The position numbers were made by a program, and so were the translations under genes. Positions 1-11,712 of a stretch of 64,000 bases of DNA are shown one piece after another (the stretch's first letter is position 1; the number at the start of each line of letters is the position of its first letter). Under the pieces are notes generated by a model. It did not search any database and had not been told where the DNA came from. It saw only the letters and a program-made list of their open reading frames with translations. Origin of the DNA: Bispira polyomma (lineage: Eukaryota); assembly GCA_965649765.1 (NCBI GenBank), contig OZ287752.1:46934001-46998000 (forward strand), given 5' to 3'.

Positions 1-430
1 AGACTAATGTAAAGATTGGGGCGATCTCAAGTGGCTGTGTGTTAGAAAGCACTTAACAGTTTTATATTTAATGATTGGAGTAGTTGTGTTTAGATGCAGA
101 TTAATATAAGAGCTTAGAATAAATGTATATTACATATACAAACACTTATTCCACAAAACACCAGATGTTAAAGGCCTTAAAATATCAAACCCATAAACAT
201 TTGGTACAAAGGAGAGCAATAACAATCATACATGGACATTTCAGAATTAGTAACAATTGTAGAATTTTTAAAAGTTGCTTGTCAGTACTGTAAAACAACA
301 ACCAATACTACTATTTCTGTCATAAAATACCTAGATAATAGACCTATTCTTTAGTTCATGTCAAATACTAATGGTTTGGCCTCATATAGACAAACATTTG
401 TAAGTATTTTCGTTGCTTCTAGGAAATCCT

Positions 431-770
431 AATTCATCGGCTTTTGTGCACAATTAAACGGTCGGCGGGTGACAATTGGCTGATAAGGTCAGTCGAGGTT
501 AATCAGAACCTACTCCAGAGTTATTGCTACCATTTAACAACTTATCTTTCCAGTCTGCCCCCGTTTGAAAATTTACCACTCTACATTCCGACTTATCTTC
601 TAGATCCTATCACTCACGATGGGTCATTACGACTTATCTTTTCCCCCCCTTCCGAGTTTTTCTGTCATGTGCCAACGATAGATTGTTTTACCCCTATTGA
701 AAAGTTAGGTCATTACAAAAGCTCCCATTGAAAATAAAAATTGGGTAAACCAAGGATAGGTCATAACATA
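431..770. mobile_element. Subterminal fragment of the PIF/Harbinger family seen at 44865-48850
   Basis: Repeated gacttatcttt motifs. 628-672 (acgacttatcttttccccccct..gagtttttctgtcatgt) resembles 45027-45167 at the Harbinger left end. Boundaries approximate. Confidence 0.55.
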
Positions 771-949
771 AAATCTACACCTTTAATACTATCATAATGT
801 AATTTCTCTCTTTTAACTGTCGGTCAGCTGTCCTGTGCATGTACTGTATGTTTAAGGACTAGGACACATGTACAGTGTGTAGATCAGTCAATTAAAAAAA
901 ACAGAAAAAAAGTTGGGATTGCTGCATAACTGGGTTTGCCATCCCACAA

Positions 950-2330
950 AAAAACCATATAGTATATCATTAAGCTCTTTGTAGAATTGTCTACTTAACA
1001 GAGGAATTGACATGGATAAATGGTTCAACTTCCCAAGAATCAGTGTTTTTATTATTGTATTTTTTACCTAGTGGAGTTAATGATCAGGTTTTTCAACAAA
1101 AAAATAATTTTCTTTTTTTTTTGTCAACAGCTTTTTTCAATCAATATCTTTTGAATGTTTTTTCCTTCCAATCCAGATCAGTTTTTTGTTGATATTGTAC
1201 CAAAAGTTTCTAATATATTTAGTGCGGCCGTTAAGGAGCTCTCTGAATCATCAAGAATTAGCATAAAATATATCAGAACACTACCCAAAAATGAAATTGA
1301 ATCGAGGGCCTACTCGAAATCTATAAGTATTAGTAATCCATCAATGTTATTATTTTCTGTGTAATCCATAATGTCATATATTAAACGAGTGCTATTACCA
1401 ATAAATCTTCCTTCTAAAAAAACTGTTTGAGCCATTGAACTTAATTTTGGTAAAACAGTTTTCATGCGAGACGCTATAACACTTGACCCTAATTTATATA
1501 GTACACTTAACAGAGAAATAGGATGCCAGTTCTTAAGATCTCTTCGGTATGCAGTTTATTATACTTTGCCTTAGACTCACAGGCAGGATACCCCTAATGT
1601 AGCTTTCATTCAGGGCTCTTACTATGAAATATTTTAGTTTGCACCAAAAGACTTTGTAAAAATTGGCCGGTACCTGCTTAACCTAGTTTGTCTGTTGTGA
1701 TTGGACCAGCTATCACATTAGATTCAAGGTCAGATAATACATTAATATTGTGTAATGACAACTGCTCAAAAATGTTAATGTTTCTCATTAAGTTATCGTT
1801 TTTTGATAACAACTTTGCATTAAAACACCTAACTTCATTGAGGATTTCTTTTTGACATGTTAAGAAACCACCATTATATACACAGATTCTTCTTATAGTT
1901 TTATCAATAAAACATTTTCTTTCCAGAGTACAAAAATGTTTTGTTGTTTTGTCATTGAGCAAGAGATGTTTTGCACAAGAGCATATCATATAACCAGTTA
2001 TTTTTACTTCTCGAATTATTTCTAATTCTTTTTTGATTTGATCAAGTTCATCTAACCGGTTATTGTTATTTTCTTTCTCAATGTTTTCTATTTGCCTTTT
2101 AAGTTTTTCCTCTTGTAAACGTTCTTTTTCAAATAAAAAATACCTGCAAACTTAAGAGTTTCCCCCCCCAATTTTTAACAGTATCATTTCCAAGAAGGTG
2201 CTATCAGTAACAGTAAATTTAATTTTTGAGTCCTCCATATTATTCAGATAGTCTGTGTTATAAACAGGTAATGCATACTGATGTTTTATTTCCTTTATGG
2301 CTTTATGGTTGATCAACAACAGTTTTCCAG
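950..2330 (-). mobile_element. Degenerate L1/Tx1-like LINE ORF2 (reverse transcriptase) fragment
   Basis: Minus-strand translation gives NWHPISLLSVLYKLGSSVIASRMKTVLPKL..FLEGRFIGNSTRLIYDIMDY..GLLILIDFE*ALDSI, then jumps to LILDDSESSLTAALNILETFG. Stops, frameshifts and an internal deletion removing the YADD region. Confidence 0.8.
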
Positions 2331-5300
2331 TGATGGGATAATCTTCAGTTTAGAGATGCTACAGAATCTGCCCAACGTACCATCGAAACACTTGCTTTGA
2401 GGGAACTGTATGAAGGTAAAATTAACCCCAAATTAAAGTCAAGTCCCTCTAACATCACTGATACCACCACAGTTGATACACGGTTTTGCTGGCCAAAAGC
2501 AGGATGGGTCAGGGGCGCAGCAAGGAAAAAGCCATCTTATGACGACCTCTCTCTGTCGCAATGGGCAGCGGGCCAGTTATCAAACGCTCTGCAGATTTCA
2601 AATGCAGCAATTATGAAAAACGTTATCCAGCAAATTGTGTACTCACTTTGGGACTCGGCTTCACTACCTTGGCCAGTGGTACGCTTAGTATGGGCTCTAA
2701 ACATGCACAAGATCGAAGAAGGGCGACTCGTGTGGCAAGACAACACCTAGTGGGCAATTCATCGGCTAAACATGTCACAACTCGTAATCGTCAATGGACA
2801 AAACCGGAAACATGGAAATTCAGGGGAACACAAGAACATATACAAGTTATTAAATAATTGGAGTGTAGTTATCAGGGGGACCATGGGAACTATAAACACC
2901 ATTGTTGGTATTGTTCTAAAACTTTAAGTGAGGAGTCAAGTCATCCAGAATTTAAATGCTGGTAAGCAAACTGAAAACGATAGTATAAGTAATCAGATCG
3001 ACAACCAACAGATCGACAACTAACAGATAGCCAAAGAAATCTAGTTACTCAGGGAAATGACAGTTAAATAAATAAGGTTAACATTAATCAAGTTAAAGAT
3101 ATGACTTGATGTAATATAAAAAGTCAAATGAATGAGAACATTATGAAAATTTGCAAATGTATGGTTAATGATAACTTGGTAAGTTGTAAATGTGTTAAAA
3201 ATCAAATTATGTGTTATAATAATAACCAAATGTATTATGTATATGTAGAATATGTTTCAGACCAGACAGAGGGACATGGTCCACAGCAGTAAAGATATCC
3301 AGCTGAACTGAAAGCATATTCAGTAAGCACTGATAGTAAGTATTCAAATCTTGATATTAATAATGTGCAATTTCACACTACAAAGTCGGAAACCAGTGGT
3401 TTACAATATAGCAGGCCAATTTCTGGGGTAAAATTCACTATGAGTATCACCAACTGGGGTTGGGCTGTACCTGAACAGGACTCGGTTTCACCTGTGGTGC
3501 ACATCAGTAGTACTGATAACTTCACTGGAGGATTTGCTTATGTTACAAAAATGAATGACAGCAATGAATTCAAATTAAATTTTATTTGAATTTGACCCCA
3601 AAGGGCGTCTACAGATAGTTGATTCATTTACAACTTGGATAAATCCAATTAATGTCATGGCTAACAATATAGTCAATATTAAAACAGTATCGCCTGCACA
3701 GAAGGCTGGGGCGAAAAATACTTTCTGTCACCATAAAAGGGATAGGGAATGTTTTAACAGGGAGAGAGGGAACTATACTTATTATATAGAGAATATAATT
3801 GATATATTGATCGAGCCTTTTGGGCCAAATTGGACTGGACGATGAATCAACAGATCCATAAACAAGGTAATGACACTTACTGTGATAAAATATACAAACC
3901 ACTGGCGTCGCCCGTTTGTATCTCTGTAAATACTAGAATTAGCTAACAGTAAGGATAGCAAATACCAGTGATTTCAATGATCCTAACAATGTAGTTGGGT
4001 TTATTGCTCCATCAAAGACAGATTTCAAATTTAACGGGTCCCAACAGGCCACCAATAAGTCTTACTCCAGTAAGGCAAATTCAAAAACTTGCTGACATAA
4101 TTAGGGAAACAGAAGCACCTAATTATGGAATGGCTAGAATCCCTATAAGGTTTAAACCATAAAGCTTGAGAAAATATGCTGGCTGACTATCCAGCTCAGT
4201 TACCAATACCTTAAGTTTGGATTTCCTCTTTCACTTAAAACTCCAGACTTCATAAGTAATGTTAACATATAAAATCATTTCCTGCCCTACAGTATACTAT
4301 TGCGGCAGAGGAATATCTGAAAAAAAAACAACTAGTGATGGGGTGCTATGTTAGGACCAGTGAGTGAAATAAAATTGTCTCACTACAATTGTTCGCCATT
4401 ACTGACCAGGCCCAAAGACGAAACACAACTCAGAGTCATATGAAATTTATCTTACCCATATGGGGCATCTTTAAACGATAACGTTGACAAAACGCGGTTT
4501 AGCGGAGATGACTTTAGTTTAAAATTTCCAACCATTGATGATATCATGAGGAATGTCAATGCTATCTGGAATCTATTTGGACAAAAATGCAAATGTGCAC
4601 GTTATGGAAAAATTGGTAGAAGAATGTACATGGAAATCAGTTCTTTTAGAATATTTTAACCTTGACTAGTCTATTTAATTATAGGTGCACAGCCCAGTAC
4701 ACATCACTTGGTGGACTCTGCCTCGGCAAGGATCAGCATGGCTTTGAGACCAAAAACTAACTCTGTGTACATGGTTTAGAAATTTCTTAAGTTTTCTACA
4801 ATTTATGAGAATTGAAACCATTTCAGTGCAGGCAGTTTTAGCTTATTTAGAACTTTCAGTACAAAACAAATTATCCCCTGGAGCTATCAATAATTACATG
4901 GCTGCACTGAGATTTGTAGCAAATAGATATCAATGGGAACTTACATCTTTCAACCACAATTCCGTGGCTTTATTTTTGAGGAGCTTGACAGACTCCTCTT
5001 TCAGGCCAAAGCCTAAGGCTATTTTCACCATTGAGCAATCGGCACTTATTTCACATGACTATAGCATTCTAGAGGCTCCTATTCTATACAGAGATATATT
5101 TTTGACTGCTTTTTATGGTTTTCTGCGACTATTCACCCTGGCCTCACACTCTAGAGCTTCGTTTGACATTACTAGACATATACTGAGGAAAGATCTGATT
5201 TTCAAAGACCCTGGGTTTCATATTACCATCAAATAGGCCAAAATATGCAAAACACGAAAGATACACATACCATACAGCTTCCAAATCTAAAAAATAGGGC

Positions 5301-6075
5301 TATATGTCCAGTTTTAACCTAACAAAAAGTTTTAGCCTCTGGATTGCTCACAGATTCCGCACCACCATTTGCCAAATTGTAACCCACACATCAAAACATA
5401 GTTGACTCACATATTTGAACAGCTTTAAGTAAGGCACTTACACATATTTGAATTAAATATAGAATCTATGGCTTCCATGCTTTCATGAGATCTGGAGCCA
5501 CTTTTGCGTTCAATAAGGACGTTTCACTACAAAACATTATTTCCTGTGGAAATCCTCTGCAGTTTGGACTTATCTTCAAGAAACTTCACAAGCGGCTTCA
5601 GTAGTGCCTCTCACCATTGCTTCTTTCATACGTTATCCATTTTAGTTTGGCTTGGGGCATTACCCTGTTAGGTTGTACCCTTCTAGGTTGTATATAAATG
5701 CTAACATGTAATATAAATACCTCAAATACATCTTTTACTACCACTTCTTATTATAAATTGATCACAACCTAGTTGACAAAAGTAGTAGACAACAGTCGTA
5801 CAGGATGTTGTTACCTTGTACTTAATAAATGACATCCCGCTCTTATCCATCTGTCAGGAGACGGGTGGGTTCTTAATGTTGCTTCCTTTCTTGACTTTGA
5901 CACTTGATTCACCTTCAGATGTACCTTGAGTTTTCTGGGTATTCTGGGTGTCGTTAGGTGGCTAATGGCTCAGTTTGGAGTCATCAGGTGCGGGGGCGGG
6001 AGGGGGAGGGGGGGGGGGGGGGCTTGGTGAACTGGAACGGGTGAGCCGCAGCAGCCCTCCCACCTCTCCTTCTTT
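2330..6075 (+). mobile_element. Degenerate DIRS/Ngaro-like tyrosine-recombinase retrotransposon (gag-like, RT remnant, YR)
   Basis: Gag-like ORF 2397-2750 (KPSYDDLSLSQWAAGQL). RT N-terminal remnants near 4200-4560 (YLKFGFPL, LLTRPKD..RVI*NLSYPYGASLND, LKFPTIDDI). YR 4805-5640 (FLTAFYGFLRL, YGFHAFMRSGATFAF). G-rich terminal segment near 5990-6070. Confidence 0.8.
4805..5640 (+). pseudogene. Tyrosine recombinase of the DIRS/Ngaro-like element, disrupted
   Basis: ORF 4805-5236 has a SAM-like N-terminus and catalytic-Arg box (AFYGFLRL). An H-x-x-R-like box (FHAFMRSGAT) follows near 5470-5505 after stops. Confidence 0.75.
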
Positions 6076-6099
6076 GACTTTCTTTTGTATGAGTCATAT

Positions 6100-6650
6100 C
6101 TAAGTTTAATGATTCTCCACTTATATCAAATGAAATATTTCCAAGTTATAAGAGACTTTACAAATTATTAAAACATATTTACTTCAATTTTACTTCACAT
6201 CACTGAATCTATACGAATAATTTGAGGTAAAAAATTTCTCTTTGGTATCACTAGAAACCTCTTATATACATTCTGGTAGATTTCACCAATTTCAAATCAA
6301 ATGATTAAACAGGTATTAAATTTTGCACTTTCTTAAATGCATTTATTATGATTTCCAAGAAATATACATTTGATTCATCTAATATATAAACTAAAGTTTG
6401 TTCTTTCACCACATCAATTTATTTATTATCATCTTAACCATCATTCATTGCCTTAACCCCTGCTGATGAAAACGCTTTTTGAATTTAGAAAAATATAATT
6501 ATTAAGAAAGTTACCAGTATTTGAAGTTAGTTTATTGGAGTGGGAATGGATCTGGAAAAAACGCCATGGGGGAAAAAACGCCCTAAAAAATGCCCTGAAA
6601 AAATATGCCCTGGAAAAATTGCCCTGAAGAGGTGGGAATCTACAGTCCAA
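6100..6650. repeat. Fragment of a dispersed DNA-transposon/MITE family
   Basis: tttggtatcactagaaa at 6241 is shared with the MITE at 51128-51615. Short ggaaaaaacgccc repeats at 6554-6626. Confidence 0.4.
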
Positions 6651-7403
6651 CTTTAACTATCTTTATAACCATTATATTTTAAATGAATTTGGTAAACCTA
6701 TCATAAGGTACATAGAAACAGCTTACTGTTGGTACCAAGGTGGAGTATCCATTTAGATACAGCCATTTAATCATTTGAAGTTTTCGGAATTTTTACACCC
6801 TGCTACCCTGGTCTGGCCGCCTTGGACCAGGGCGTTTTATTCCGAAGTGTAGTATGTACCCTCATTCGAATTTAAATTGGTCATCGGTTTGGATCATTTC
6901 CCATAAAGTCTCTCTTCAAAACGCCTATGTGGCCTCTTTGGATTGGTTCATTCTATGTTTTTCTATGACAAACTGTTGCTGTTAGTGTGGCGAATAGATC
7001 TGGCTAATTTTTATAGATATACTTATAGCATTTAGATGGCCAGGTCTATTTGCCACTTTATTGTGCCTTGGTTTTGCTTTATTTCACATTGTTTCCTGTT
7101 AATTTCTCTTAGTCACAGTGTGTTGTACATCTTTGTAGTTAGTGTTGATTTGAAGTGACAGGGAAAACGAGTCGTTTCTCTTAGTCTATCTTTGTTTCCT
7201 GTCAGTGGCAGTTAGTTTCTCTTCGTCAATAATACGAGAAAGATAAGCCTCAGGTTATAGTTAAAATGAAAATTTGTCATGTCATTTCTAGTGCAAATGC
7301 TTATAATTAAATATTTTAAAGTTAATTTTATTTACATTCTAAATTTAAGTCCCTTTTATAGTGCCTAATAGATAATTTTCAGTGGTTTTGGTTACATTGC
7401 GAC

Positions 7404-7491
7404 CAATTGGGGTGCACTGAGGTTAAGTGCCACCAATGACGCCCTAACAGTGACGAATTGGGGTGCACTAAGGTTAAGTGCCACCAATGAC
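7404..7491. repeat. Two-copy direct repeat (~35 bp core)
   Basis: aattggggtgcact(g/a)aggttaagtgccaccaatgac occurs twice, about 52 bp apart. Confidence 0.85.
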
Positions 7492-8295
7492 ACAGTGCAA
7501 AGAGAAACTAAACAGTAACTAACTACTACTAATTGCCTCTAATGCAAAACGAGCCAGCACCACCTGCTGCTGATGAGAAACATTCCAAAACTAATCAAAA
7601 CATATGTCCATCCCCCCCTCTCACCCACAAAACCCCCACAAACTAGATACTTCTACTCACTAATAAATACAAAGAGGTTTGTAATGTCTTCGTATCGCTG
7701 GCTCGTCTGTCTCAGACATAGGTACAAGAATGAACAGTCTGCAAGAACCTTATATGGTTCAATTTTGTACGTATAAGACACATTTAAGGCACTACTTTTA
7801 AGGGCATATAAAATAAGATAAATTTTTCAGGGAAATTGGTGGTCAGCTTGATTAATAATAAATTATTGAATAAATGTTATCAGTCATTTATTTTGTCATT
7901 GTTTAACGTTTTGAAAAAACAACAAGTTAAATATTATACATAGAGAGAACCATAGGACAGTTTCATAAATATTACCTATAGTTGTATTTAACATTACCAG
8001 TATAATGGTGACACATTAAGTATAAGGTTGAACATTGTAGTGTTTAAATCAGCAACAGGATTCATGTTTGGGTTCAAAGTTTATGTGTAATTGTCGGGCA
8101 GCACTTGCCGCTGAACTGATAAGTTGTCTCTATTGATACCTGGGGTCCAAAGTTGAAGCACTGAATAAAGTACAAAGGAGAGTCACTAGAAGTGGAGCGC
8201 TCACACGTTTTACAGGTGGTCACTACTAGGGAACTATATATTATGTATGTGGGGATTATCTTCTATAGTCTCTGTAGTGTGTTTGTGGGGATTAT

Positions 8296-8805
8296 CTTCT
8301 ACAACCAGTGTACATCTGAATACTGTTCTACAGCCTGTGTAGCGTACATCTGAATACTGTTCTACAGCCTGTGTAGTGTACATCTGAAGACTGTTCTACA
8401 GCCTGTTTAGTGTACATCTGAAGACTGTTCTACAACCTGTTTAGTGTACATCTGAAGACTGTTCTACAACCTGTTTAGTGTACATCTGAAGACTGTTCTA
8501 CAGCCTGTTTAGTGTACATCTGAAGACTGTTCTACATCCTGTCTAGTGTACACCTGAAGACTGTTCTACAACCTGTTTAGTGTACATCTGAAGACTGTTC
8601 TACAGCCTGTGTAGTGTACACCTGAAGACTGTTCTACAACCTGTTTAGTGTACATCTGAAAACTGTTCTACAGCCTGTGTAGTGTACACCTGAAGACTGT
8701 TCTACAACCTGTTTAGTGTACATCTGAAGACTGTTCTACATCCTGTGTAGTGTACATCTGAAGACTGTTCTACAGCCTGTTTAGTGTACATCTGAAGACT
8801 GTGTT
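8296..8805. repeat. Tandem repeat, 34-bp unit, ~15 copies
   Basis: Unit gtgtacatctgaagactgttctaca(g/a)cctgt(t/g)ta. Period confirmed at 8411 vs 8445. Confidence 0.95.
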
Positions 8806-8838
8806 CTCAAGTAGCGCACCCATCCTCAAAAGCACTGT

Positions 8839-11229
8839 ATGTTACAACTCTGGCTTCGAGCTATGGAGTCTGATAGTTCTATTGTGGCCCGTCTGTTGTT
8901 AAAGGGTAGGTGTGAGGGTGATGGAGGGCCAGCAAAGGTAACAGCACAGCAGGAGTATGCCATGGATTTATCTGCCAACACACTCAACCATAGCAACAAA
9001 CAGGTGGGAGGTCTACTTTGGTTGAAAATTTTATTTTATTACTTCAAAATTTGTGGAAACGCAAAATCTGTCTTTTGTATTCCTAACCTAGCAAAAATAG
9101 TATTCTAATATTGACACCTAAATAATTTAGTTGGTAATGTTGTATTTAACATAACAAACTTATATCAGCAATTTTGATTGGTTACAAATGTATGTTAAAA
9201 TCTAGGACTAAAATTTTCCTAAAGCGATATAATTTAGAGTATGAGAATATTTAGTTAAGAAAACCACATAAATCTATATCAATATAAGCTGTATCTTTAT
9301 GTTCACCTGCCTCTAATTGTGGTCAAATTGACTGTATATCCCTGGTTTATCATGGCTTGTGCCTTGATTTCATGTATTATGCACTTATGCTTTTCAGTGA
9401 TGATTTTTAGTAAATTATACAGTTATATTAACGTATTACTTGCTTAAATATATTATGTTGTATAGTTAACTGAATTTCATTGCCATCCATTGCCTGATGA
9501 TTTGAGTTTGTATGTGAGTGTGATAGATTCCAAAACGAAATTATTCACCAACATTTTGAGTTTTGTTAAAACATTTCACATGTTACTACGGTCATACAAA
9601 AAAATTATCTCCTAATTACAAGATAGTGCTATCTCGTAAGTACGAGATAGCACTATCTTGAAATTATAAGAAAGCACTATGTTGAAATTATGATATTTAT
9701 CTTGTAATTACGACATGAGCCCTTCTTGTAATTTTAACATATATCTCGTAATTACAAGATAACCTTATGTTGAAATTACGAAATAGCATTATGTTCAAAT
9801 TACCAGATAGCATTATGTTCAAATTACAAGACAGCATTATGTTCAAATTACAAGACAGCATTATGTTCAAATTACAAGATATTTTGAAATTACAAGAAGG
9901 TGCTATCTTGTAATTACAAGATTTTTTTGTATGACCTGTATAGGTTTCTGTATGTTACCTCTTATTTTAGAGTAAATCCAATCTTACCCTGGATAATGAA
10001 GAAATGTGGCCATCAGTCCGAGCTGGAGCGGAGCCTATAGAAGCCCTAAAATGTGCTTTTTGTTCAGTCATCGCAGAAAACACACCAGATTTATTTAGAC
10101 ATCAAAAGTATCACCATCAACAGACGAAGACTGATAAATGTATGTATTCCAAATTGATATACAACACCAATTCCTTCTTCTATATGTATATTATTATAAA
10201 TATATGTTGTATCCTTGGTTTGTTACTTTTATTAAAATATTAGAGAATGATTACGTTATGTCATCATTATAATACTAGATGTATTAAAATGTTATGTTGT
10301 TTTCTTAATATGCAGCATCAGTTGAAATAGTGGCAGATGAAGGTATGTCAATGTTCAGTGCCAGCATACTGAGAAATAAGTATCCTGTTATAGAGTGCAC
10401 ATCTGCACCTGAATGTTCTGGCAGTCCATCTCTGAGAGAACTCCTCAAAAAGAAAGACCAGTCCAAGACAAGTTCAGTCTACCTCACCTCTATTGTCAAA
10501 GCTGTTATGAAAGACAAGAACAAACTAGAATGTGGAGCCTTGGCCTCTGATCAGAAGGATGACTGTGATCATTTGACCACAGATAAACAACCATGGAATG
10601 TTTCTTGTAGAAAAAATAAAGCAGTCAGTGATTGTTCATCTGAACATGTTTCTGGCAAGGAAGTGCGGAAAAGTCCTCCGATATGTGGAAAAAACTCAGA
10701 GACTATTGAAACAGTATCTGGTAGTTCAGACATTATTATAAAAGATGAACCCAGTTGGAATGGGTTGAAATTAACTTCCACTAAAGGTCAGGTTTATTTG
10801 GATAATAGTAATAGTATGTTAGAGAAAGATGCATCTAAATCACGGCATAGTAAGCGAAGACGACCATACAAATATGGCCAAGGTACTGCTATCCATGTAA
10901 CAGAGTCATCAGTGAGGAGCCCAACAAGTAGGTCATGTGAGCGAGTTGAGAAGGCCACCCAGTGTGAACTGGTGGAGAGCTTTAAGGTCAGCAGTCAGCT
11001 CCTGACTGGTGTGATGAGGAAGGACAGTCAGTACTTCACTCCAGCAACACACACTCTAGCCTGTCATTACTGTGATATCTACTTCTCGGACCAAGTCCTT
11101 CATTCCATACACATGGGTTGTCACAATGTAAAGGAGCCCTTTCTCTGTAATGTTTGTGGACGACACTGTGATGACAAGTATGGGTTTTATACACACATCA
11201 TGAGAGGTCACCAGCAAGCTGTACATTAG
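8839..11229 (+). CDS. Ikaros/Pegasus/Hunchback-family C2H2 zinc-finger protein (~415 aa), 3 coding exons
   Basis: Exons 8839-9003 (cag|gtggga, phase 0), 9971-10139 (ttttag|, |gtatgt, phase 1) and 10316-11229 (tgcag|) join in frame, 1248 nt. C-terminal pair CHYCDIYFSDQVLHSIHMGCH..PFLCNVCGRHCDDKYGFYTHIMRGH is the Ikaros/Hunchback dimerisation finger signature. One extra finger CAFC..HQKYHH. The start codon is uncertain (8839 or 8863). Confidence 0.85.
9586..9945. mobile_element. MITE/foldback element in the zinc-finger gene intron
   Basis: Inverted ends ggtcatacaaaaaaa / tttttttgtatgacc. Internal ~24-25-bp repeats gcattatgttcaaattacaagaca and palindromic tcttgtaattacaaga motifs. Confidence 0.75.
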
Positions 11230-11257
11230 AGCTGTCAAATCGCCAGGTTAAAATATT

Positions 11258-11263
11258 AATAAA
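11258..11263 (+). promoter_or_regulatory. Candidate polyadenylation signal of the zinc-finger gene
   Basis: AATAAA 28 nt after the stop codon. AT-rich context makes this weak. Confidence 0.3.
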
Positions 11264-11712
11264 ATGACATTAAAAGCAAAAATCAAAGAGTGCCAACACT
11301 AATGGTGAGAAATTGTCTATGAGCACATTTTAGTATTCACAAGTAAATGTATAGTGCTTTTGTGAAGTTACCCAACAATATCATTATATTTAACTCATAC
11401 ATAAACACAAATGTGATATATGTACTTTGCATTGCATATAAAACAAGTAGGAGTAAAAGATAAATGTATGACAGAGGTATTTAACAAAACACTTTGATAT
11501 GCACCAATCATATATTTTATTCTATTTTAACTTTATTTAAATAATATTTTAAAAAAGAACGATGATTAATTTTTTAAACTTGTAAATTTCTATTTGTTCT
11601 CAACTTATTATAGTGTCACGATAGATTAAGCCAGGTAAACACCTAAAATAAATATAAATGCAGAAGATAGAGTACAAGTTAGTGATAAACCAATGACTTG
11701 ATATTATTTGTT

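Noticed and set aside
10330-11229. Assigning the gene symbol hb or IKZF5
   Set aside because: The C-terminal fingers fit the family, but orthology cannot be fixed without a phylogeny and the DNA-binding cluster is absent.
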